This document shows, in pieces, positions 1-64,000 of a DNA stretch of 64,000 bases. The stretch comes from Paraspadella gotoi (taxonomy: Eukaryota > Animalia > Chaetognatha). Both the position numbers and the translations under genes were made by a program. The stretch lies in assembly GCA_051294375.1 (NCBI GenBank), contig CM119265.1, forward strand, positions 19,271,642 through 19,335,641, in the 5' to 3' direction. The notes under the pieces were generated by a model. That model was not told where the DNA came from, searched no databases, and worked only from the letters and a program-made list of their open reading frames with translations. How positions within the stretch are numbered: position 1 is the first letter of the stretch; the number at the start of each line of letters is the position of its first letter.

Positions 1-1
1 C

Positions 2-859
2 GATGTCTATTCAGGGACCCAAAGGTGTCTGAAATACTGGAGCCATACGGAATCGCCGCGAAAATGGAAGATAGAAAAATGTTCGAGTTGGAAAAAGTTT
101 GTTTGTGAGTTCAACTATAACAACATAACTACTAATACGTTTTTTACTTCTCCGCTGTGCATCAATTTGAGAAACGTGGTTCACGATACCCGAGTTCGCA
201 TCTCCAAAGTGACCAAATGCTTTTCCTTTGTTCAGAGTCAAATGTTGAAAAATGACGCGTCGAAATTTTGTCGCGAAAAATTCAACGCGTCGCTCGCCAA
301 ACTTGATGAGATGTTGAAGAACAAAACGGTTTTCTCGGTCGAGTCGAAAAGAATCAGATCAGGCGCTACCTGGTTGACACAGACGGCCGTGGTTCCCGCG
401 ACTCCTTTAGAAACAGACGCATTACGTTTTGATGGTGCGAGTCGAACGGCGGGAAAAATTGAAGGAAAGTTGAAAATCAACGGTTATCGTCTTTGCAGTA
501 GTGATTGGGATGAAAACGACGCTAAAGTAGCCTGTAAAGAATTAGGATTGTCCTATATATCTGTTCACTATTCCCAGCATCAATATTCCATGAATTTTCG
601 CTACCGATTCTCAAATTATGTTTGCACTGGCGATGAAAACTCTCTCTCGGAATGCAGCATGGTTGGTAATTCCTTATATTTTAATAACTACAAATGTATA
701 ACGAGAAGACTGGCCGGAGCCGCGTGTTCGACGACCATCAACGCCAATGGTTTTCGTGAAACGAACGGAAATTGGGAATTTGTGAATGAAGATGGCGTCG
801 AAGATTGGGGATGGTTCGTCTGCCAGATGAAGGACGTGGAGAAAGTTACGATCGTTTAG
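2..859 (+). CDS. C-type lectin + SRCR domain protein, 5'-partial, intronless over the visible 858 nt
   Basis: Frame is open from nt 2 to TAG at 857-859. It starts with a CTLD C-terminus (CLKYW...WKIEKC...FVCE), followed by a CTLD N-half (CFSF...ASKFCREKFNASLAKL...TWL), an SRCR domain (LRFDG...GKIEG...LCSSDWDENDAKVACKELG...CTGDENSLSEC...AGAAC) and a final WFVCQ. Confidence 0.75.
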   Translation, partial: DVYSGTQRCLKYWSHTESPRKWKIEKCSSWKKFVCEFNYNNITTNTFFTSPLCINLRNVVHDTRVRISKVTKCFSFVQSQMLKNDASKFCREKFNASLAKLDEMLKNKTVFSVESKRIRSGATWLTQTAVVPATPLETDALRFDGASRTAGKIEGKLKINGYRLCSSDWDENDAKVACKELGLSYISVHYSQHQYSMNFRYRFSNYVCTGDENSLSECSMVGNSLYFNNYKCITRRLAGAACSTTINANGFRETNGNWEFVNEDGVEDWGWFVCQMKDVEKVTIV

Positions 860-3774
860 ACCCAAAACGAATACAAACTTATTTTTTATACAATCTTTTC
901 TTTTTACTTGTAAATACGTATTTATAAGTATAATTTTTATATCGACTATCTGTTCTATTGAAATGCAAAGAAAATAGAATTGAAATTGGACGGATTTGAG
1001 ATGACTGATGACTCATCAGTGATGAGTAACTGGTCACAAAAGAATTGGAAGTCAGGTTTAGATTTTCGAAAGAAAAATGCCGCAATGATTCAAAAAAATC
1101 AGAGGAAGAAACGAAGGGAATTGGACATTTTTTGACATTTTAACATTACAAGAAACATTTTATTCTCTCCTCAAGTTTTAACGCTTTTATTATGCTTATC
1201 CAGTTTCGTATAATATAAACTATATAAAGAATATATAAACTTGTGAAGGAGACAAGGATTTAAGTCTCACAAACAACGAAATAGCGTCAGAAAGACGCGA
1301 TTAAAAAACGCTGAAATCGTTTTCTTCTTTCTTTTTTCTTTTTTTTTCTTTTTTCATCGCTCCCTCTCTCCAACTAATCGTTCTTCCCTTTTCTTCCGTC
1401 TTTTCCTCCCTTTCCTCCTCCCCTCTCCCGTCCCGAGTCAAGATGGCGGCGCTCACAAGGTAACCATGACAACAAACCATAAAAGGCGGTAATAAACAAA
1501 TCGTTATCTTCTAATTTAACCAAAAATAGATGGCCTCAAGGTCGCGCCTTGGACGGAAAAGAAGGGGGAGAAGGAGGAGAGACAAAGATGGAGCAGAATC
1601 CTTCATTGTACACGAGAAGAAAAAAATGGTTTCTCGCGAAGAGAAATATTGTTGAGAAAGGGGGAAAAGGAAAAAAAGATAGGGAGAAATGTTCTTCCTC
1701 TCCTATTCATTTTTAATAATAGTTCGGTTTGATTAAGTCTAACGATTTTAAGTTTTAATTTTAAGTTCATTAGCAATTATAATTTTTTCCAGCTCAAGTA
1801 AAGAGGATTTTAAACGAAAACGTTTAAAAGTCTAGGCCATAGCAAAGAAAAAACGAAAAATGGCGATTTCTAATTCGTTGGTAGTAAAAAATAGGTTGAA
1901 GTCATTGCTTTATGAAATCCCAATAATTTTTTTAAGTTGCTGCTTTGTTTTCGAATTATTCAGTTCGAAGAGGAACTATCAATAGATGTCAGAACAGAGC
2001 GACAAAAAAAAACAAAATACGTTAGAAAAAAAAGTTAATTTAAATATTTTTGTAAATTGATTTGATAAAGTTTAATAACATTCTATGATTAAGAAAAAAT
2101 CAAGGGAAACGAATTTGCAGCGGTAATTTACTAGAAAAAAGGATATTTTTCGAACTTAGCTATCAACTACGAATGTAAAATTTATTAAAATGTGTGTAAT
2201 TAGATAAAACAGTCTAAGCTAATATGTATATATTTTTCAAAATTTTTTTGGTATTTCATAGCAACAAATTGTTAAAAATGTCTGATCCAATCAACGTCCA
2301 TCTGATTATATGATATCGTAAAAAAAATTTTTTCAAAAGTCTTTCCGCGTTTGATATTGTTTTCGTCAATATAATATTTCCCTATATCGACAAAAATTTC
2401 GTTCACCCACTTTAAGGAAATCACTGATGAAAGTCCATGTGACTGAATGTTTCATAATTGTGACAATCGTTCATCTTGCTATTTTCTTTATCGCATTCGA
2501 GCTCACAGATATAGTTGAGTTTCCAAACGCATGGAATAGAAAACAGAGTCGCGCCTTTTATAGGAACATAGTATGGAATTTTTTCGTTGTCCTTCATAGG
2601 ATTAAAAGAAAAAACTCAGTTGAAGTAAAATTATGATTGAAATAGGGTTTTAATCACATAGTTTTGAAAAAGCCTTTTGTAAAAAATACGTTTGTAATTT
2701 TTAATTTTAATCTTTCAATCTTTTAATCAATGGCCTAAGTATAAATGTTAGGAACCATAATGATAATATTTACTCGTGATTTTCATTGATATACTCAATA
2801 CTTTTCCAATTTACTGTGTCCGCGATTGATCCCTTATTGTTGAATTTTATGGAATTATCTTTTTATTTTTAGTGCTATTAAAGCAATTAGACTTGCTCAA
2901 TGCTCATTTATCGTTTTAACTGTCAAATTGTTTCTTTTATTTCAGAAAAAAAAAATTTAATCAAGCAAATAATAATGAGAAATTTTGTGTTTTAAATGGT
3001 CGTAACTACTTAAAAGTACTTTTTTTAAAAATTTTTGCCGGACGCAAAACCCACCTTCTCGAAAAAGCGATGAAACTCCGGGTAGAGTTTCGGGTTCGTC
3101 ATCATTGGTGAGATTTTGTTGCAGAAGGAAAAGAAAGTGGAGTCGACGACAAATTTGGTTTCTCCTTTGCTGAAGGCGAACCCGTCCGCGTTCTCGCACG
3201 GAAAATATTTCTGTTCGAGTAAAACACGACAGTTCAGTTAAAGCAGAAAGAACATTTCGCACAGATTTATGATTCCGTCTGTCCGTCTGTCCGTCCGTTC
3301 GTCCCATCTTAGCAAAAAAACACCAATTACACGTGATTGGATGGATGGATTGTCCTGAAATTTTGATTGGGGGTAGGAAAGTGTGTGATAAAGCTGGAAA
3401 CAAAGTTTCGATGGAATCGTCTGAGTGGAAATGATTTTTAAATGGAAAAAACAAAAAACCTGTTACACTAATTGCTTCTTTTCCCTTTTATATTAAATGA
3501 AAATGCAAGATGTATTAATTAATCAAATAATTCATTAATCAATTAGTCAATTAATTAATCAATAATTAAATAATCAGTCAATCAATTAAGTCAATCGTTA
3601 TCGGCATTATTCTCATCGTCATCATTGCTTTTGTCGTGGTTAGTGACGAGAAGACCTAAAAACAAACATTTGGGATCAAATTAATTAATTAATTGATGAA
3701 TTAATTGTTTGCTCAAAACTTGTTTTCTTTCAGTTGTCTTTTTATTTCTTATTTTCTCTTTCTTTTTCTTTCAT

Positions 3775-6700
3775 TCATCCCTTCTTTCCTCCTTCCATCC
3801 CATTTAATACCTCCCGAAGCTGTTCCAGTCGCCTGCCAAACTCTTTCAGCTCCCTCTTCCGCTCATTGAAGGATTCGTTCTGCAAGTTGTACTCGACGTA
3901 ACTCGTCAGAAAATCCGTCTCCTCCAACTCGATGGCGCGCAACAACTTTTTAGCGCCGGCATCGTTGAGGCGCTTGCGGGTGGCGTCGGCCAAGAAGCGG
4001 GAGAGGTCGTCGTGGTTCCACGGCGGAGGGATGGCGCCTTAATGAAATTCAACGAAAAAGTAGCAAAGTAGCGACTTCATTCAGACAATCCCATTGGCTC
4101 AAAGGGGGGAACGCATCGTCCCAACTACGCGTCCTATCCGCACTCCACAGTCCTAACGACTTCCTTCTGCGTTGGCACAAGCGTGAGTAGCAGCGCTAGT
4201 GGCTGAGGCCCTACCCTGCTGGCCATCACCGGCTTAAAATTATATGTATTTTTAAATGCACATTATTCGGTTAACACGGACCTAGTATATCGCCATGTGA
4301 AACGCGGATTAATGATGTTGTGATCGAAGTTACTAACCTTTAGTATCTTTTCCGCAGCGATAGTAGCGACCCATGGTGCCGTTAGCCTTTTTTTCGCTGA
4401 CTACGACAGAAAAGGGATTTGAGAGGAAAGTGAGAAAGCGATAGGTGAGTGAAAGAGAGAGAGAGAGAGAGAGAGGGCGATGGCATAATCGAAAAAGCCC
4501 AGCGAGCATAGGACAACATTCAATAAAAAAAATTAATGACAAATGATTACAACGCACCTGTCTTTTCTCGGTTGCACAGTGAACTGTTGACGTTGATGTA
4601 GTTAATATTGCTCCCCGTCTCTTGACCGTAAATCGGATTCTTAAAAGGGCGACTCTTGGTTTCGCATCTGCGGGAACCTGCGGATGAGGAAGTGTATTCA
4701 GCGATGTCATTCTCCGCCCTTTACTCCTCACCCACTTACCGACCCAAAAGTCGGAGAAGAGCCTCGTCATATTGTGAGTTTTGGACACGTAGCGCATTTT
4801 GAGCCGATTCACCATAAGCACCTGCTCCTGAACCTTCATTGGCGGGGTGAACTTATGCAATGCCCGACTACGTAATGATGCGAGTGCGGAGTAAAAAATT
4901 AGTATTCCCCGATCTAATGCTTAAGAAAATGGTCCTTTTATACAATTGAAGTATTATATCCTTTGATTGATATGGAAGCCAGGAGTGTATAAACAAGACT
5001 GTGAGAGAGTCTTTATTGAAAACTTGCGGGGACCTGCTATGTCATTATCTTATGAGACTGATGGAGGCCTTAAACCATCAAAGCCTGTCCAAAGTCAAGG
5101 GTGAAACTTTCCCCACCTCTCCCCCCCCCTGCTTACGACACTTTCGGTTTCTACTCTCCCTCCTCTCTCTCTCTCTCTGCTACTCTACTCCTTTACTTTC
5201 ACGCACCGAATAAAATTCGTCCGCTTTTTCGAGAGTCGCGAGTTTTGCCCGAGGATGCAATTCCCTGCATTTCTTTTGCGCCTCGAACCAGTTCACGCGC
5301 TGGTTTTCTGAATTCGGAGGGGAAAAAAATCAAATTTCTCTTTTTTATCCTTGAATTATTTGCTTTTAGGCGCAACAACTTTTATTGCGTCTCGAAGTGC
5401 TCCTAGTAAGTAAGTTAGTAACTTATCCTAGTAATAAGGAGTTTTCATAGTTTATAATTAGGAATTAAGGAGATAGGTGATGGGCGATCTGACACTTTTT
5501 ACATGAAAAATTGAACTTTTCTCATTCTTACGTAATAACGTGATAGGAAAGCCCATGAGGAATTTAACTTTGGCAACTTGAATGAGTAAATAGCCATTCT
5601 TTTTTTATACTGCTTTTGTGTTTCTTTTTAAATAGATCATTGATATATTCAATTATTCATTTTGTACACGACCGACATATAAAACTTACTCCTAACATTT
5701 CGACAACATAATTTAGACGGATTGATAATTTTTATCGTGGGTTTTAAGAAACAGGGTGAGTAAACCTGGAGGTAGGTTCGGGTGAGTAACTTGATTCCCT
5801 GTGGGAAACCAGTAGCAATTCTTGCTGTCCCGTTGACTCCACCAAACGCCGATCGGCTTGGCCGCGTCGTCGGCCAGGATTTTCCCGCGGACGAGAGTGT
5901 TGGTCGTCGGACACTTGGAACCGTCGACCTTGGAGGAAGAAGATTTAAAAGTATTCATAACTATTTAACGAATATTTTTAAACTTAAGGTTGTTTATTGG
6001 TTTTTAGTTTGTTTTTTTTCATTTCGATTTATGGTTACATAAAAGGTACAACCTCCAAGTGATACTTCATCCAGCGACACTCCTGATCGTCCAGACATTG
6101 CTTCTTGGTCTTGTTAAGAATGGAATACTTTTGGTACCAAATGGGAATGATGAAAGCCGCCATTATTAATCCTGAAATGGAATTTGAGAATTTGAGAAAA
6201 GGGTCTTATTTTTCTCCTTAAATATTCATAATTAGTGAAAGGACAACTAATACAGAAATGAATAAGTGTAAGAGGTAATTTGCATTAAAGGGCATGTTCG
6301 AGAATTGAGCGAAATATTGACTAATAAGAGCAAGATGTTGATATTTGATAAAGTTATTATCAACCGTTTGGTCCATATCCTCGCGAAATGAAAAGAGAGA
6401 ATTAACCCGGGAAAACGTTTCCCTCCCGCCATATACTGCTACATCCCACCCAACCGGCCACCAACCCTTGGCGAAGAAGAGCGAGAAGACGACTCCTAAT
6501 CCCGATCCCGCCATCTTGATTTTGGCGATTTCCGCCTCCGAGAGAGTTCGCTGCTCCGCCTTATCCGTCTCGTCGCCGAAGGTGGCCGGGCGGTCGAGCG
6601 TCATCATCTCTTGGATACGGAGTTTGCTCGATTGGGCCGAGGCCTTTGCGGGGGGAGGGATGGTTGAGAAATGTCGGTTGGTTTTAGTTGGTTTTTTCAT
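3775..6700 (-). CDS. Spliced type II membrane C-type lectin-domain protein; 3' end uncertain
   Basis: Phase-compatible GT-AG exons at approximately 6700-6466, 6171-6053, 5928-5766, 5308-5208, 4821-4740, 4677-4558, 4399-4338 and 4037-3811. They give a TM segment (GLGVVFSLFFAKGLIMAAFIIPIW) and CTLD motifs CP...W...NCYWF, VNWFEAQKKCRELHPRAKLATLE and DFWVG. Confidence 0.7.
4900..5092 (+). mobile_element. Dispersed repeat fragment, diverged copy of 32835-33036
   Basis: Shared TAGTATTCCC.GATCTAAT.CTTAAG..AATGGTC and GACCTGC..TGTCATTATCTT...GAGGCCTT.AACCA.CAAAG. Confidence 0.65.
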
Positions 6701-7000
6701 CAACTCTTAAATAATTTTTCGGTCGGTCAGTCGGTCGGTATGTCTGTTTATAGTTGTTTGCTCATTTGTTCAGACAGGATAAAAACCGCCTTCAGTAAAT
6801 CCTGAAACTATAAAGAAAGAGGGAATTCTGCGTGTGCGTGTCATAAATACACGGGCTTAGATTCAGAAAGTTAATACTTGGCAGACTGGTAAGACATTAC
6901 GAAATGCTTCTTGTGTAGTCACGTGACAACAAAAAATTACGGTCACGTGATCACAAAGTAAATGCAGCAAAGGTCCGAGGTTCTAGCCCGGTGGTCGCCT

Positions 7001-7076
7001 AGCAGTTAAGAGGGACGGGGCGCTTAACCCGCCTGTAACACGGTGTTACAGCCTGATCCGAAGCTCAGGGACTGCT
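7001..7076 (+). ncRNA. Candidate twister ribozyme, P5-type permutation
   Basis: P5 AGCAGU 7001-6 / ACUGCU 7071-6; P3 7033-40 / 7044-51 (8 bp); P4 CCUGA/UCAGG closing loop UCCGAAGC. Pseudoknot T1 CCG 7058-60 / CGG 7016-18; T2 GC 7031-2 / GC 7063-4. Conserved G7014-A7015 and U7025|A7026-A7027 are present. P2 is imperfect and P1 is vestigial. Confidence 0.65.
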
Positions 7077-7177
7077 TATATTGAACGGTTCTGTCACTAA
7101 CACATAACAATAATAACTGTCTCTTCAATGGATTGATTTTTTTGCGAGTCGAACGATTAGTAAATCATTTACATTTA

Positions 7178-7860
7178 TTAGTTGATTTGTTGGTTTAATT
7201 AGTTGGGCCTGTAAGTTTATTTTGTTGTTAACTAGTTGGGCTGTAAGTTATTGTTGGTTTAATTAGTTGGGCCTGTAAGTTGAATTTGTTTGGTTTTTAA
7301 TTAGTTGGCCTGTAAGTTGATTTGTTGGTTTAATTAGTTGGGTTGTAAGTTGATTGTTGGTTTAATTAGTTGGGCCTGTAAGTTGATTTTGTTGTTAATC
7401 AGTTGGCCTGTAAGTGATTTGTTGGTTAAATCATTGGCCTGTAAAGTTGATTTGTTGGTTTAATAGTTGGGCCTGTAAGTTTATTTGTTGGTTTAATTAG
7501 TTGGGCCTGTAAGTTATTTGTTGGTTTTTAGTTGGGCCTGTAAGTTGATTTGTTGGTTATAATTAGTTGGGCCTGTAAGTTGATTTGTTGGTTTAATTAG
7601 TTGGGCCTGTAAGTTGATTTGTGGTGTTAATAAGTTGGGCCTGTAAGTTGATTTGTTGGTTTAATTAGTTGGCCTGTAAGTTGATTTTGTTGGTTTAATT
7701 AGTTGGGCCTGTAAGTATTTGATTTGTTGGTCTTAAATTAGTTTGGGCTCTGTTAAGTTGGATTTGGGTTAATTAGTTGGGCCTGTAAGCTGATTTGTTG
7801 TTTTAATTAGTTGGGCCTGTAAGTTGATTTGTTGGTTTAATTAGTTGGGCCTGTAAGTTG
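7178..7860. repeat. 34-bp minisatellite, about 20 copies
   Basis: Unit AATTAGTTGGGCCTGTAAGTTGATTTGTTGGTTT; copies start at 7561 and 7595, for example. Many small indels between copies. Confidence 0.95.
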
Positions 7861-8776
7861 TTTTTTTTTCTCCACCTCTTCCTCTCTCTCCCCCCTCTCT
7901 TTAGTTCTCTCCCACCTTTTCGTCGATCTTAAACTGAACTCTCGGCCCATCATCTTCGTCCTCAACGCTGTCGGCGACGATGCCGACTTTTTTGAGGTTC
8001 GATCGTTGTTCCGACATCTCGCGAGTGAACTAAGCGACTGCGGTAAAGACGTAAAACAAATGTACATGCGTAAGAATGATGGATAAACTAGAGAGGGATT
8101 TCAGCTCTGTTTATTCCGTTGGCAGGTATAACCATTTATCTCGCCATCAAAATATCGAACCGATTCGGTTTTAATTTTCGTTTTCGTTCCCACTTTCGTT
8201 TCTCATCGTTTTTTTTTTTAATAACGTCGCGTTGTTGTCGACGAATCAGAATCGCGAGAAAGAAACCAACGGACCAATGGTCGTTATTTCCGTGGGAAGC
8301 GAAACTCGAACATTTCCGCGATTTGATATTACTTTGGAAACGTTATTGCGATAAATAAAAAAAAAATATCGATCCCTGGTTTTCCGTCGTCGGGTTCCCC
8401 GTAGGAAAGTGGGAAACAGGGAATAATCGATTTTCTGGTGCTGCCATCGAATGTACGGTGCATCTCTGATGGACGTATTATATATATATATAAAAATATT
8501 TTAATTTGTATCTACCTGTAGACTTAAATTTGAATTTTTTTCGTCCAAGTCATCATTTTTTTTTTTCTTCCTAACTTTTTGACGTTTGATATACGTTTTA
8601 TTAAATCTTGATTATCATGTTATAATGTGGCTCGTGTGACTCCATCTAGTTGCCACTCTTTCCATACAGTAATAGGCGGCAATTTTCGGATTCTCTCTTC
8701 ACTTTTGTGGAAAATTCTACGAAATGACATCGATTAAAATGAAAAAAATAAGATACTTTCGGGTAAGATTGATCTC

Positions 8777-8925
8777 AATCGAGATTTGGATCGATGGATT
8801 TATTAATAGATTTGTCTTTATTGATCTAAATCGAGCTTTGAATCGATGGATTTATTAATAGATTTTTCTTTATTGAAATAAATCGAGCTTTGGATCGATG
8901 GATTTATTAATAGATTTTTCTTTAT
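8777..8925. repeat. ~51-bp tandem repeat, 3 copies
   Basis: Repeated AATCGAG(A/C)TTTG(G/A)ATCGATGGATTTATTAATAGATTT(G/T)TCTTTATT. Confidence 0.9.
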
Positions 8926-8988
8926 TTTTTAACTAAAAATTTATGTGATAATTTGATTGAGTCACTAAATAATTTCTTTTCTCCCAAG

Positions 8989-64000
<55,012 letters not shown>

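Noticed and set aside
4080-4233. Box C/D snoRNA candidate on the minus strand (GTGATGG...CTGA)
   Set aside because: Imperfect C box, no terminal stem or recognisable guide; equally explained as an alternative exon.
6460-6515. GLGVVFSLFF resembling MICOS subunit MIC10
   Set aside because: Downstream exons encode a C-type lectin domain, not MIC10.
7178-7860. 34-bp repeat array as CRISPR
   Set aside because: Head-to-tail units with no unique spacers, no cas genes, and a eukaryotic context.

Overview
Animal (metazoan) nuclear DNA with short GC-rich exons, AT-rich introns, microsatellites and N gaps. The ORF track is largely uninformative because the genes are spliced; all gene models here were assembled by hand from splice sites and reading phase. 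The window is dominated by one large + strand polycystin-1/REJ-family gene (WSC-like, PKD, REJ, GPS, TM1, PLAT, TM2-3) running from about 9 kb past the window end. Its introns hold three complete protein-coding genes: a same-strand eclosion-hormone-like neuropeptide precursor, an antisense neutral ceramidase and an antisense clan-2 cytochrome P450. They also hold at least 12 full-length antisense tRNA genes (Pro, Ala, Phe, and a Leu array with an AAG anticodon on a CAG-type body). Upstream are an intronless C-type-lectin/SRCR ORF, a spliced type II membrane C-type lectin gene, a candidate P5-type twister ribozyme at 7001-7076 and a 34-bp minisatellite. The ~9.4 kb fold-back (43662-62514) and the duplicated blocks at 20.8-32 kb most likely reflect assembly or haplotype artefacts.
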